A stretch of DNA of 64,000 nucleotides from assembly GCF_009914755.1 (NCBI RefSeq), contig NC_060948.1. One strand, written 5' to 3'. This document shows, piece by piece, positions 1 to 22,671 of this stretch. The notes beneath the pieces were generated by a model. The model was given only the letters and a program-made list of their open reading frames with translations, had not been told where the DNA came from and made no database searches. The position numbers and the translations under genes were made by a program. The first letter of the stretch is position 1. Every line of letters starts with the position of its first letter. Origin of the DNA: the human T2T-CHM13v2.0 reference genome, Homo sapiens.

Positions 1-926
<926 letters not shown>

Positions 927-1500
927 AGATCCATATTTTTTAAATGAAAAAAAATTTCAAAGGTACTCTGCTTGGTACAATAATCAAATGTATAAACTGA
1001 GGAATAAAACATAACCATGAAACCTACTTATAACTGCATATGGAAAATACAGAGGATAATTTTTTAAATAACATATTTTGAAAGACTTAACTAGTAATTT
1101 GAAGAGTTGGCATTTGAAAGGCCAGTATGAATATACCTTCAAAGCAGCAACACAGGTTCCCCATGAGAAAAAGCAAACACAGGGAAAATAAAAACACAAA
1201 GGTTCAATCTCTTCTGACCTTTGAAAGACACAGCACAGACAGTGGTCCTTAGGACGAAGAGCAGGAGACCCCTAATTCCGTCACCATGGCGATAGGGCAT
1301 AAACATTGCTGGGTGAGGGCACAATCCACATTGTGAGGTCCAACTGCTGCCAGGAAGACAGGAGTGCTTTTACATAGACCGAAAGGTCATTGAAGGCTCA
1401 GAGTTTTGTTTCAAGAACTGAATCCCAAGCCCACACGTTATTAGGCTGCGCTTCTTAAAACAAGTTATGAGATGGGAAAAAGGGCACCCACAAATATAAG
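927..1500. repeat. HSATI-type segment of the unit (representative; follows every Alu copy)
   Basis: ~570 bp of moderately GC-containing, internally non-repetitive sequence between the Alu and the AT domain. The name is assigned from its position and size in the known DYZ2 structure, not from an alignment. The right boundary is approximate. Confidence 0.72.
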
Positions 1501-3337
<1,837 letters not shown>

Positions 3338-5435
3338 AGATCCATATTTTTTAAATGAAAAAAAATTTCAAAGGTACTCTGCTTGGTACAATAATAAAAT
3401 GTATAAACTGAGGAATAAAACATAACCATGAAACCTACTTATAACTGCATATGGAAAATACAGAGGATAGTTTTTTAAATAACATATTTTGAAAGCCTTA
3501 ACTAGTAATTTGAAGAGTTGGCATTTGAAAGGCCAGTATGAATATACCTTCAAAGCAGCAACACAGGTTCCCCATGAGAAAAAGCAAACACAGGGAAAAT
3601 AAAAACACAAAGGTTCAATCTCTTCTGACCTTTGAAAGACACAGCACAGACAGTGGTCCTTAGGACGAAGAGCAGGAGACCCCTAATTCCGTCACCATGG
3701 CGATAGGGCATAAACATTGCTGGGTGAGGGCACAATCCACATTGTGAGGTCCAACTGCTGCCAGGAAGACAGGAGTGCTTTTACATAGACCGAAAGGTCA
3801 TTGAAGGCTCAGAGTTTTGTTTCAAGAACTGAATCCCAAGCCCACACGTTATTAGGCTGCGCTTCTTAAAACAAGTTATGAGATGGGAAAAAGGGCACCC
3901 ACAAACATACGTATACATTATGTATATAATAATATACAGTATCATATATATAATATATATAACCTATGTATAATATTGTTTTACATCCTGCATCTTATGT
4001 TATATATATTGTATAAAATATAATAATTGATAATATATAAGTTTTATAATTATACAATATGACATATAGTATATATTATAATTTATGACATATATAATAT
4101 ATGTTATATATCATATATAGAATATATTATACGGTTAATATACGTATTAAATATAAATTATACATTATATATATTATATATAATATATCTGTTATATATA
4201 ATACCCATTATGCATAATATATATATTATGTCTATGTTATATATAGTATAAAACAACATATAATAATATATAATTGTATATATAAAATGTGACATATAAT
4301 ATATATTATATTTTATAACATATGTAATATATATTATATATAATACGTTGTATGTATAATACCTATATTAAATATATATTATATGAGTATGTTATTAATT
4401 ACATGTCTCATGTGTTATATATTATATATTTTACATAGAATATACCGGTTACATACAATATATACTATGTTACCTATAATGTATAATTTATTACATGTAA
4501 AATAAAGAATGCAATATATTATGTAAAATTTATAACATACAATATGTGGAATGTGATGTATATAACATATAATATATGATATATGATATACAGTATATGA
4601 TATATAACATACAATATATGATTCCTAATATATATGGTATACAATATATATTTTATGATATGTATTCTATATGTTTTATATTCTGTTATATATAACTATT
4701 TGAAATTATATATAACTGTATAATATTTTATGTAAATATGTAATATAATATATATAACTATATAATATATTATATATAACTATATATTATGTTATATATA
4801 CTTTTATAACATAATTTACATAAAATATCATAATATAATATATATTATATTATTTCATATTACATAATATATATTACATATCACCCAATATAACTAACAT
4901 ACATAATATTATAATATAGATTATATTGTGTAATATTAAATATCATATATATCATGTATCATATATTCTATAATATATATTACACATTATATAACATGTA
5001 TGTTGTCTATTATGTGATATATATAACTATATATATAATTATATTTTTATACATATAACTAGATAAACATGTAATTCTACATATTTTCATTTATAATATG
5101 TAGAATTATATAATCATATATAATTATTTATATTGTATAAAAAATTTTATCATTATATAAATTATAATATATAAAAATTATAATAGGTACTACAAATATA
5201 TATATTATATATCATATATGATATAGTACCTTTGTTATATATCATAATACATATAAATGTGTATTATGTTATCTATAATTATATAATTTCATATATAAGA
5301 TGTATAATATGTATCATATATTATATATGTTATGTAATATATATAGTATATATAAGATGACACAGGATAAATATTATATACTATGACATATAAAATATAT
5401 GAGGTTATATGTTACATATAAGGCATAGCACATAA

Positions 5436-5750
<315 letters not shown>

Positions 5751-7857
5751 AGATCCATATTTTTTAAATGAAAAAAAATTTCAAAGGTACTCTGCTTGGT
5801 ACAATAATCAAATGTATAAACTGAGGAATAAAACATAACCATGAAACCTACTTATAACTGCATATGGAAAATACAGAGGATAATTTTTTAAATAACATAT
5901 TTTGAAAGCCTTAACTAGTAATTTGAAGAGTTGGCATTTGAAAGGCCAGTATGAATATACCTTCAAAGCAGCAACACAGGTTCCCCATGAGAAAAAGCAA
6001 ACACAGGGAAAATAAAAACACAAAGGTTCAATCTCTTCTGACCTTTGAAAGACACAGCACAGACAGTGGTCCTTAGGACGAAGAGCAGGAGACCCCTAAT
6101 TCCGTCACCATGGCGATAGGGCATAAACATTGCTGGGTGAGGGCACAATCCACATTGTGAGGTCCAACTGCTGCCAGGAAGACAGGAGTGCTTTTACATA
6201 GACCGAAAGGTCATTGAAGGCTCAGAGTTTTGTTTCAAGAACTGAATCCCAAGCCCACACGTTATTAGGCTGCGCTTCTTAAAACAAGTTATGAGATGGG
6301 AAAAAGGGCACCCACAAACATACGTATACATTATGTATATAATAATATACAGTGTCATATATATAATATATATAACCTATGTATAATATTGTTTTACATC
6401 CTGCATCTTATGTTATTTATATTGTATAAAATATAATAATTGATAATATATAAGTTTTATAATTATACAATATGACATATAGTATATATTATAATTTATG
6501 ACATATATAATATATGTTATATATCATATATCGAATATATTATACGGTTAATATACGTATTAAATATAAATTATACATTATATATATTATATATAATATA
6601 TCTGTTATATATAATACCCATTATGCATAATATATATATTATGTCTATGTTATATATAGTATAAAACAACATATAATAATATATAATTGTATATATAAAA
6701 TGCGACATATAATATATATTATATTTTATAACATATGTAATATATATTATATATTATATATAATACGTTGTATGTATAATACCTATATTAAATATATATT
6801 ATATGACTATGTTATTAATTACATGTCACATGTGATATATATTATATATTTTACATAGAATATACCGGTTACATACAATATATACTATGTTACCTATAAT
6901 GTATAATTTATTACATGTAAAATAAAGAATGCAATATATTATGTAAAATTTATAACATACAATATGTGGAATGTGATATATATAACATATAATATATGAT
7001 ATATGATATACAGTATATGATATATAACATACAATATATGATTCCTATTATATATGGTATACAATATATATTTTATGATATGTATTCTATATGTTTTATA
7101 TTCTGTTATATATAACTATTTGAAATTATATATAACTGTATAATATTTTATGTAAATATGTAATATAATATATATAACTATATAATATATTATATATAAC
7201 TATATATTATGTTATATATACTTTTATAACATAATTTACATAAAATATCATAAGATAATATATATTATATTATTTCATATTACATAATATATATTACATA
7301 TCACCCAATATATCTAACATACATAATATTATAATATAGATTATATTATGTTATATTAAATATCATATATATCATGTATCATATATTCTATAATATATAT
7401 TACACATTATATAATATGTATGTTGTCTATTATGTGATATATATAACTATATATATAATTATATTTTTATACATATAACTAGATAAACATGTAATCCTAC
7501 ATATTTTCATTTATAATATGTAGAATTATATAATCATATGTAATTATTTATATTCTATAAAAAATTTTATCATTATATAAATTATAATATATAAAAATTA
7601 TAATATGTACTACAAATATATATATATTATATATCATATATGATATAGTACCTTTGTTATATATCATAATACATATAAATGTGTATTATGTTATCTATAA
7701 TTATATAATTTCATATATAAGATGTATAATATGTATCATATATTATATATGTTATGTAATATATATAGTATATATAAGATGACACAGGATAAATATTATA
7801 TACTATGACATATAAAATATATGAGGTTATATGTTACATATAAGGCATAGCACATAA

Positions 7858-8172
<315 letters not shown>

Positions 8173-10279
8173 AGATCCATACTTTTTAAATGAAAAAAAA
8201 TTTCAAAGGTACTCTGCTTGGTACAATAATCAAATGTATAAACTGAGGAATAAAACATAACCATGAAACCTACTTATAACTGCATATGGAAAATACAGAG
8301 GATAATTTTTTAAATAACATATTTTGAAAGCCTTAACTAGTAATTTGAAGAGTTGGCATTTGAAAGGCCAGTATGAATATACCTTCAAAGCAGCAACACA
8401 GGTTCCCCATGAGAAAAAGCAAACACAGGGAAAATAAAAACACAAAGGTTCAATCTCTTCTGACCTTTGAAAGACACAGCACAGACAGTGGTCCTTAGGA
8501 CGAAGAGCAGGAGACCCCTAATTCCGTCACCATGGCGATAGGGCATAAACATTGCTGGGTGAGGGCACAATCCACATTGTGAGGTCCAACTGCTGCCAGG
8601 AAGACAGGAGTGCTTTTACATAGACCGAAAGGTCATTGAAGGCTCAGAGTTTTGTTTCAAGAACTGAATCCCAAGCCCACACGTTATTAGGCTGCGCTTC
8701 TTAAAACAAGTTATGAGATGGGAAAAAGGGCACCCACAAACATACGTATACATTATGTATATAATAATATACAGTGTCATATATATAATATATATAACCT
8801 ATGTATAATATTGTTTTACATCCTGCATCTTATGTTATTTATATTGTATAAAATATAATAATTGATAATATATAAGTTTTATAATTATACAATATGACAT
8901 ATAGTATATATTATAATTTATGACATATATAATATATGTTATATATCATATATTGAATATATTATACGGTTAATATACGTATTAAATATAAATTATACAT
9001 TATATATATTATATATAATATATCTGTTATATATAATACCCATTATGCATAATATATATATTATGTCTATGTTATATATAGTATAAAACAACATATAATA
9101 ATATATAATTGTATATATAAAATGCGACATATAATATATATTATATTTTATAACACATGTAATATATATTATATATTATATATAATACGTTGTATGTATA
9201 ATACCTATATTAAATATATATTATATGACTATGTTATTAATTACATGTCACATGTGATATATATTATATATTTTACATAGAATATACCGGTTACATACAA
9301 TATATACTATGTTACCTATAATGTATAATTTATTACATGTAAAATAAAGAATGCAATATATTATGTAAAATTTATAACATACAATATGTGGAATGTGATA
9401 TATATAACATATAATATATGATATATGATATACAGTATATGATATATAACATACAATATATGATTCCTATTATATATGGTATACAATATATATTTTATGA
9501 TATGTATTCTATATGTTTTATATTCTGTTATATATAACTATTTGAAATTATATATAACTGTATAATATTTTATGTAAATATGTAATATAATATATATAAC
9601 TATATAATATATTATATATAACTATATATTATGTTATATATACTTTTATAACATAATTTACATAAAATATCATAAGATAATATATATTATATTATTTCAT
9701 ATTACATAATATATATTACATATCACCCAATATATCTAACATACATAATATTATAATATAGATTATATTATGTTATATTAAATATCATATATATCATGTA
9801 TCATATATTCTATAATATATATTACACATTATATAATATGTATGTTGTCTATTATGTGATATATATAACTATATATATAATTATATTTTTATACATATAA
9901 CTAGATAAACATGTAATCCTACATATTTTCATTTATAATATGTAGAATTATATAATCATATGTAATTATTTATATTCTATAAAAAATTTTATCATTATAT
10001 AAATTATAATATATAAAAATTATAATATGTTCTACAAATATATATATATTATATATCATATATGATATAGTACCTTTGTTATATATCATAATACATATAA
10101 ATGTGTATTATGTTATCTATAATTATATAATTTCATATATAAGATGTATAATATGTATCATATATTATATATGTTATGTAATATATATAGTATATATAAG
10201 ATGACACAGGATAAATATTATATACTATGACATATAAAATATATGAGGTTATATGTTACATATAAGGCATAGCACATAA

Positions 10280-10594
<315 letters not shown>

Positions 10595-12701
10595 AGATCC
10601 ATACTTTTTAAATGAAAAAAAATTTCAAAGGTACTCTGCTTGGTACAATAATCAAATGTATAAACTGAGGAATAAAACATAACCATGAAACCTACTTATA
10701 ACTGCATATGGAAAATACAGAGGATAATTTTTTAAATAACATATTTTGAAAGCCTTAACTAGTAATTTGAAGAGTTGGCATTTGAAAGGCCAGTATGAAT
10801 ATACCTTCAAAGCAGCAACACAGGTTCCCCATGAGAAAAAGCAAACACAGGGAAAATAAAAACACAAAGGTTCAATCTCTTCTGACCTTTGAAAGACACA
10901 GCACAGACAGTGGTCCTTAGGACGAAGAGCAGGAGACCCCTAATTCCGTCACCATGGCGATAGGGCATAAACATTGCTGGGTGAGGGCACAATCCACATT
11001 GTGAGGTCCAACTGCTGCCAGGAAGACAGGAGTGCTTTTACATAGACCGAAAGGTCATTGAAGGCTCAGAGTTTTGTTTCAAGAACTGAATCCCAAGCCC
11101 ACACGTTATTAGGCTGCGCTTCTTAAAACAAGTTATGAGATGGGAAAAAGGGCACCCACAAACATACGTATACATTATGTATATAATAATATACAGTGTC
11201 ATATATATAATATATATAACCTATGTATAATATTGTTTTACATCCTGCATCTTATGTTATTTATATTGTATAAAATATAATAATTGATAATATATAAGTT
11301 TTATAATTATACAATATGACATATAGTATATATTATAATTTATGACATATATAATATATGTTAAATATCATATATCGAATATATTATACGGTTAATATAC
11401 GTATTAAATATAAATTATACATTATATATATTATATATAATATATCTGTTATATATAATACCCATTATGCATAATATATATATTATGTCTATGTTATATA
11501 TAGTATAAAACAACATATAATAATATATAATTGTATATATAAAATGCGACATATAATATATATTATATTTTATAACATATGTAATATATATTATATATTA
11601 TATATAATACGTTGTATGTATAATACCTATATTAAATATATATTATATGACTATGTTATTAATTACATGTCACATGTGATATATATTATATATTTTACAT
11701 AGAATATACCGGTTACATACAATATATACTATGTTACCTATAATGTATAATTTATTACATGTAAAATAAAGAATGCAATATATTATGTAAAATTTATAAC
11801 ATACAATATGTGGAATGTGATATATATAACATATAATATATGATATATGATATACAGTATATGATATATAACATACAATATATGATTCCTATTATATATG
11901 GTATACAATATATATTTTATGATATGTATTCTATATGTTTTATATTCTGTTATATATAACTATTTGAAATTATATATAACTGTATAATATTTTATGTAAA
12001 TATGTAATATAATATATATAACTATATAATATATTATATATAACTATATATTATGTTATATATACTTTTATAACATAATTTACATAAAATATCATAAGAT
12101 AATATATATTATATTATTTCATATTACATAATATATATTACATATCACCCAATATATCTAACATACATAATATTATAATATAGATTATATTATGTTATAT
12201 TAAATATCATATATATCATGTATCATATATTCTATAATATATATTACACATTATATAATATGTATGTTGTCTATTATGTGATATATATAACTATATATAT
12301 AATTATATTTTTATACATATAACTAGATAAACATGTAATCCTACATATTTTCATTTATAATATGTAGAATTATATAATCATATGTAATTATTTATATTCT
12401 ATAAAAAATTTTATCATTATATAAATTATAATATATAAAAATTATAATATGTACTACAAATATATATATATTATATATCATATATGATATAGTACCTTTG
12501 TTATATATCATAATACATATAAATGTGTATTATGTTATCTATAATTATATAATTTCATATATAAGATGTATAATATGTATCATATATTATATATGTTATG
12601 TAATATATATAGTATATATAAGATGACACAGGATAAATATTATATACTATGACATATAAAATATATGAGGTTATATGTTACATATAAGGCATAGCACATA
12701 A

Positions 12702-13016
<315 letters not shown>

Positions 13017-15121
13017 AGATCCATACTTTTTAAATGAAAAAAAATTTCAAAGGTACTCTGCTTGGTACAATAATCAAATGTATAAACTGAGGAATAAAAC
13101 ATAACCATGAAACCTACTTATAACTGCATATGGAAAATACAGAGGATAATTTTTTAAATAACATATTTTGAAAGCCTTAACTAGTAATTTGAAGAGTTGG
13201 CATTTGAAAGGCCAGTATGAATATACCTTCAAAGCAGCAACACAGGTTCCCCATGAGAAAAAGCAAACTCAGGGAAAATAAAAACACAAAGGTTCAATCT
13301 CTTCTGACCTTTGAAAGACACAGCACAGACAGTGGTCCTTAGGACGAAGAGCAGGAGACCCCTAATTCCGTCACCATGGCGATAGGGCATAAACATTGCT
13401 GGGTGAGGGCACAATCCACATTGTGAGGTCCAACTGCTGCCAGGAAGACAGCAGTGCTTTTACATAGACCGAAAGGTCATTGAAGGCTCAGAGTTTTGTT
13501 TCAAGAACTGAATCCCAAGCCCACACGTTATTAGGCTGCGCTTCTTAAAACAAGTTATGAGATGGGAAAAAGGGCACCCACAAACATACGTATACATTAT
13601 GTATATAATAATATACAGTGTCATATATATATTATATATAACCTATGTATAATATAGTTTTACATCCTGCATCTTATGTTATATATATTGTATAAAATAT
13701 AATTATTGATAATATATAAGTTTTATAATTATACTATATGACATATAGTATATATTATAATTTATGACATATATAATATATGTTATATATCATATATAGA
13801 ATATATTATACGGTTAATATACGTATTAAATATAAATTATACATTATATATATTATATATAATATATCTGTTATATATAATACCCATTATGCATAATATA
13901 TATATTATGTCTATGTTATATATAGTATAAAACAACATATAATAATATATAATTGTATATATAAAATGCGACATATAATATATATTATATTTTATAACAT
14001 ATGTAATATATATTATATATTATATATAATACGTTGTATGTATAATACCTATATTAAATATATATTATATGACTATGTTATTAATTACATGTCACATGTG
14101 TTATATATTATATATTTTACATAGAATATACCGGTTACATACAATATATACTATGTTACCTATAATGTATAATTTATTACATGTAAAATAAAGAATGCAA
14201 TATATTATGTAAAATTTATAACATACAATATGTGGAATGTGATATATATAACATATAATATATGATATATGATATACAATATATGATATATAACATACAA
14301 TATATGATTCCTAATATATATGGTATACAATATATATTTTATGATATGTATTCTCTATGTTTTATATTCTGTTATATATAACTATTTGAAATTATATATA
14401 ACTGTATAATATTTTATTTAAATATGTAATATAATATATATAACTATATAATATATTATATATAACTATATATTATGTTATATATACTTTTATAACATAA
14501 TTTACATAAAATATCATAATATAATATATATTATATTATTTCATATTACATAATATATATTACATATCACCCAATATAACTAACATACATAATATTATAA
14601 TATAGATTATATTGTGTTATATTAAATATCATATATATCATGTATCATATATTCTATAATATATATTACACATTATATAATATGTATGTTGTCTATTATG
14701 TGATATATATAACTATATATATAATTATATTTTTATACATATAACTAGATAAACATGTAATTCTACATATTTTCATTTATAATATGTAGAATTATATAAT
14801 CATATATAATTATTTATATTCTATAAAAAATTTTATCATTATATAAATTATAATATATAAAAATTATCATATGTACTACAAATATATATATTGTATATCA
14901 TATATGATATAGTATCTTTGTTATATATCATAATACATATAAATGTGTATTATGTTATCTATAATTATATAATTTCATATATAAGATATATAATATGTAT
15001 CATATATTATATATGTTATGTAATATATATAGTATATATAAGATGACACAGGATAAATATTATATACTATGACATATAAAATATATGAGGTTATATGTTA
15101 CATATAAGGCATAGCACATAA

Positions 15122-15436
<315 letters not shown>

Positions 15437-17532
15437 AGATCCATATTTTTTAAATGAAAAAAAATTTCAAAGGTACTCTGCTTGGTACAATAATCAAATG
15501 TATAAACTGAGGAATAAAACATAACCATGAAACCTACTTATAACTGCATATGGAAAATACAGAGGATAATTTTTTAAATAACATATTTTGAAAGCCTTAA
15601 CTAGTAATTTGAAGAGTTGGCATTTGAAAGGCCAGTATGAATATACCTTCAAAGCAGCAACACAGGTTCCCCATGAGAAAAAGCAAACACAGGGAAAATA
15701 AAAACACAAAGGTTCAATCTCTTCTGACCTTTGAAAGACACAGCACAGACAGTGGTCCTTAGGACGAAGAGCAGGAGACCCCTAATTCCGTCACCATGGC
15801 GATAGGGCATAAACATTGCTGGGTGAGGGCACAATCCACATTGTGAGGTCCAACTGCTGCCAGGAAGACAGGAGTGCTTTTACATAGACCGAAAGGTCAT
15901 TGAAGGCTCAGAGTTTTGTTTCAAGAACTGAATCCCAAGCCCACACGTTATTAGGCTGCGCTTCTTAAAACAAGTTATGAGATGGTAAAAAGGGCACCCA
16001 CAAACATACGTATACATTATGTATATAATAATATACAGTATCATATATATAATATATATAACCTATGTATAATATTGTTTTACATCCTGCATCTTATGTT
16101 ATATATATTGTATAAAATATAATAATTGATAATATATAAGTTTTATAATTATACAATATGACATATAGTATATATTATAATTTATGACATATATAATATA
16201 TGTTATATATCATATATAGAATATATTATACGGTTAATATACGTATTAAATATAAATTATACATTATATATATTATATATAATATATCTGTTATATATAA
16301 TACCCATTATGTATAATATATATATTATGTCTATGTTATATATAGTATAAAACAACATATAATAATATATAATTGTATATATAAAATGCGACATATAATA
16401 TATATTATATTTTATAACATATGTAATATATATTATATATAATACGTTGTATGTATAATACCTATATTAAATATATATTATATGACTATGTTATTAATTA
16501 CATGTCACATGTGTTATATATTATATATTTTACATAGAATATACCGGTTACATACAATATATACTATGTTACCTATAATGTATAATTTATTACATGTAAA
16601 ATAAAGAATGCAATATATTATGTATAATTTATAATATACAATATGTGAAATGTGATATATATAACATATAATATATGATATATGATATACAGTATATGAT
16701 ATATAACATACAATATATGATTCCTAATATACATGGTATACAATATATATTTTATGATATGTATTCTATATGTTTTATATTCTGTTATATATAACTATTT
16801 GAAATTATATATAACTGTATAATATTTTATGTAAATATGTAATATAATATATATAACTATATAATATATTATATATAACTATATATTATGTTATATATAC
16901 TTTTATAACATAATTTACATAAAATATCATAATATAATATATATTATATTATTTCATATTACATAATATATATTACATATCACCCAATATAACTAACATA
17001 CATAATATTATAATATAGATTACATTATGTTATATTAAATATCATATATATCATGTATCATATATTCTATAATATATATTACACATTATATAATATGTAT
17101 GTTGTCTATTATGTGATATATATAACTATATATAATTATATTTTTATACATATAACTAGATAAACATGTAATTCTACATATTTTCATTTATAATATGTAG
17201 AATTATATAATCATATATAATTATTTATATTCTATAAAAAATTTTATCATTATATAAATTATAATATATAAAAATTATAATATGTACTACAAATATATAT
17301 ATTATATATCATATATGATATAGTACCTTTGTTATATATCATAATACATATAAATGTGTATTATGTTTTCTATAATTATATAATTTCATATATAAGATGT
17401 ATAATATGTATCATATATTATATATGTTATGTAATATATATAGTATATATAAGATGACACAGGATAAATATTATATACTATGACATATAAAATATATGAG
17501 GTTATATGTTACATATAAGGCATAGCACATAA

Positions 17533-17847
<315 letters not shown>

Positions 17848-19941
17848 AGATCCATATTTTTTAAATGAAAAAAAATTTCAAAGGTACTCTGCTTGGTACA
17901 ATAATCAAATGTATAAACTGAGGAATAAAACATAACCATGAAACCTACTTATAACTGCATATGGAAAATACAGAGGATAATTTTTTAAATAACATATTTT
18001 GAAAGCCTTAACTAGTAATTTGAAGAGTTGGCATTTGAAAGGCCAGTATGAATATACCTTCAAAGCAGCAACACAGGTTCCCCATGAGAAAAAGCAAACA
18101 CAGGGAAAATAAAAACACAAAGGTTCAATCTCTTCTGACCTTTGAAAGACACAGCACAGACAGTGGTCCTTAGGACGAAGAGCAGGAGACCCCTAATTCC
18201 GTCACCATGGCGATAGGGCATAAACATTGCTGGGTGAGGGCACAATCCACATTGTGAGGTCCAACTGCTGCCAGGAAGACAGGAGTGCTTTTACATAGAC
18301 CGAAAGGTCATTGAAGGCTCAGAGTTTTGTTTCAAGAACTGAATCCCAAGCCCACACGTTATTAGGCTGCGCTTCTTAAAACAAGTTATGAGATGGGAAA
18401 AAGGGCACCCACAAACATACGTATACATTATGTATATAATAATATACAGTATCATATATATAATATATATAACCTATGTATAATATTGTTTTACATCCTG
18501 CATCTTATGTTATATATATTGTATAAAATATAATAATTGATAATATATAAGTTTTATAATTATACAATATGACATATAGTATATATTATAATTTATGACA
18601 TATATAATATATGTTATATATCATATATAGAATATATTATACGGTTAATATACGTATTAAATATAAATTATACATTATATATATTATATATAATATATCT
18701 GTTATATATAATACCCATTATGTATAATATATATTATGTCTATGTTATATATAGTATAAAACAACATATAATAATATATAATTGTATATATAAAATGCGA
18801 CATATAATATATATTATAATTTATAACATATGTAATATATATTATATATAATACGTTGTATGTATAATAGCTATATTAAATATATATTATATGACTATGT
18901 TATTAATTACATGTCACATGTGTTATATATTATATATTTTACATAGAATATACCGGTTACATACAATATATACTATGTTACCTATAATGTATAATTTATT
19001 ACATGTAAAATAAAGAATGCAATATATTATGTATAATTTATAATATACAATATGTGGAATGTGATATATATAACATATAATATATGATATATGATATACA
19101 GTATATGATATATAACATACAATATATGATTCCTAATATACATGGTATACAATATATATTTTATGATATGTATTCTATATGTTTTATATTCTGTTATATA
19201 TAACTATTTGAAATTATATATAACTGTATAATATTTTAAATAAATATGTAATATAATATATATAACTATATAATATATTATATATAACTATATATTATGT
19301 TATATATACTTTTATAACATAATTTACATAAAATATCATAATATAATATATATTATATTATTTCATATTACATAATATATATTACATATCACCCAATATA
19401 ACTAACATACATAATATTATAATATAGATTACATTATGTTATATTAAATATCATATATATCATGTATCATATATTCTATAATATATATTACACATTATAT
19501 AATATGTATGTTGTCTATTATGTGATATATATAACTATATATAATTATATTTTTATACATATAACTAGATAAACATGTAATTCTACATATTTTCATTTAT
19601 AATATGTAGAATTATATAATCATATATAATTATTTATATTCTATAAAAAATTTTATCATTATATAAATTATAATATATAAAAATTATAATATGTACTACA
19701 AATATATATATTATATATCATATATGATATAGTACCTTTGTTATATATCATAATACATATAAATGTGTATTATGTTTTCTATAATTATATAATTTCATAT
19801 ATAAGATGTATAATATGTATCATATATTATATATGTTATGTAATATATATAGTATATATAAGATGACACAGGATAAATATTATATACTATGACATATAAA
19901 ATATATGAGGTTATATGTTACATATAAGGCATAGCACATAA

Positions 19942-20256
<315 letters not shown>

Positions 20257-22379
20257 AGATCCATATTTTTTAAATGAAAAAAAATTTCAAAGGTACTCTG
20301 CTTGGTACAATAATCAAATGTATAAACTGAGGAATAAAACATAACCATGAAACCTACTTATAACTGCATATGGAAAATACAGAGGATAATTTTTTAAATA
20401 ACATATTTTGAAAGCCTTAACTAGTAATTTGAAGAGCTGGCATTTGAAAGGCCAGTATGAATATACCTTCAAAGCAGCAACACAGGTTCCCCATGAGAAA
20501 AAGCAAACACAGGGAAAATAAAAACACAAAGGTTCAATCTCTTCTGACCTTTGAAAGACACAGCACAGACAGTGGTCCTTAGGACGAACAGCAGGAGACC
20601 CCTAATTCCGTCACCATGGCGATAGGGCATAAACATTGCTGGGTGAGGGCACAATCCACATTGTGAGGTCCAACTGCTGCCAGGAAGACAGGAGTGCTTT
20701 TACATAGACCGAAAGGTCATTGAAGGCTCAGAGTTTTGTTTCAAGAACTGAATCCCAAGCCCACACGTTATTAGGCTGCGCTTCTTAAAACAAGTTATGA
20801 GATGGGAAAAAGGGCACCCACAAACATACGTATACATTATGTATATAATAATATACAGTATCATATATATAATATATATAACCTATGTATAATATTGTTT
20901 TACATCCTGCATCTTATGTTATATATATTGTATAAAATATAATAATTGATAATATATAAGTTTTATATTTATACAATATGACATATAGTATATATTATAA
21001 TTTATGACATATATAATATATGTTATATGTCATATATAGAATATATTATACGGTTAATATACGTATTAAATATAAATTAGACCTTATATATATTATACAT
21101 AATATATCTGTTATATATAATACCCATTATGCATAATATATATATTATGTCTATGTTATATATAGTATAAAACAACATATAATAATATATAATTGTATAT
21201 ATAAAATGCGACATATAATATATATTATATTTTATAACATATGTAATATATATTATATATTATATATAATACGTTGTATGTATAATACCTATATTAAATA
21301 TATATTATATGACTATGTTATTAATTACATGTCACATGTGTTATATATTATATATTTTACATAGAATATACCGGTTACATACAATATATACTATGTTACC
21401 TATAATGTATAATTTATTACATGTAAAATAAATAATGCAATATATTATGTATAATTTATGATATACCTTATGTGGAATGTGATATATATAACATATAATA
21501 TATGATGTATGATATACAGTATATGATATATAACATACAATATATGATTCCTAATACATATGGTATACAATATATATTTTATGATATGTATTCTATATGT
21601 TTTATATTCTGTTATATATAACTATTTGAAATTATATATAACTGTATAATATTTTCTGTAAATATGTAATATAATATATATAACTATATAATATATTATA
21701 TATAACTATATATTATGTTATATATACTTTTATAACATAATTTACATAAAATATCATAATATATATTATATTATTTCATATTACATAATATATATTACAT
21801 ATCACCCAATATAACTAACATACATAATATTATAATATAGATTATATTGTGTTATATTAAATATCATATATATCATGTATCATATATTCTATACTATATA
21901 TTACACATTATATAATATGTATGTTGTCTATTATGTGATATATATAACTATATATATAATTATATTTTTATTCATATAACTAGATAAACATGTAATTCTA
22001 CATATTTTCATTTATAATATGTAGAATTATATAATCATATATAATTATTTATATTCTATAAAAAATTTTATCATTCTATAAATTATAATATATAAAAATT
22101 ATAATATGTACTACAAATATATATATTATATATCATATATGCTATAGTACCTTTGTTATATATCATAATACATATAAATGTGTATTATGTTATCTATAAT
22201 TATATAATTTCATATATAAGATGTATAATATGTATCATATATTATATATGTTATGTAATATATATAGTATATATAAGATGACACAGGATAAATATTATAT
22301 ACTATGACATATAAAATATATGAGGTTATATGTTACATATAAGGCATAGCACATAACATGTAATATATATCATATATAA

Positions 22380-22671
22380 TTTTTTTTTAGACAGAATCTT
22401 GTCCTGTTGCACAGGGTGGGGTACAATGGCGCCATCTTTGCTCACTGCAAAATCTGCCTCACGGGTCCAAGCGATTGTCCTCCCTCAGCCTCCCAGGTAG
22501 CTGGGACTACACCACACTGGGACTACACCAGCTGCCACCATGCCTAGCTAATTTTTTGGATTTTTAGTAGTGACAGCGTTTCACTGTATTGGCCAGGATG
22601 GTCTTGATCTCTTCACCTTGTGATCCCCTTGCCTTGGCCTCCAAATTTGCTGGGATTACAGGCCTGAGCCA
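22380..22671 (-). mobile_element. Alu copy U10
   Basis: Same motifs as U1; ctgcaaaatctg variant. Confidence 0.93.

Noticed and set aside
1003-1192. AATAAA hexamers and many TATA-like motifs as poly(A) signals or promoters
   Set aside because: Expected by chance at this AT content; no supporting gene structure.
984-1199. Recurring 71-aa minus-strand ORF (MCFYFPCVCFF...)
   Set aside because: It recurs only because the DNA is repeated. It has no recognisable domain, and it is disrupted or altered in several units (U2, U6, U19, U24, U25), as expected for neutral sequence.
1139-1324. Recurring 61-aa minus-strand ORF (MCPHPAMF...), overlapping the 71-aa ORF like a toxin-antitoxin or operon pair
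   Set aside because: It begins at a non-ATG codon, a stop-creating variant removes it in eight units (U11-14, 16, 20, 21, 23), and the context is primate satellite DNA.
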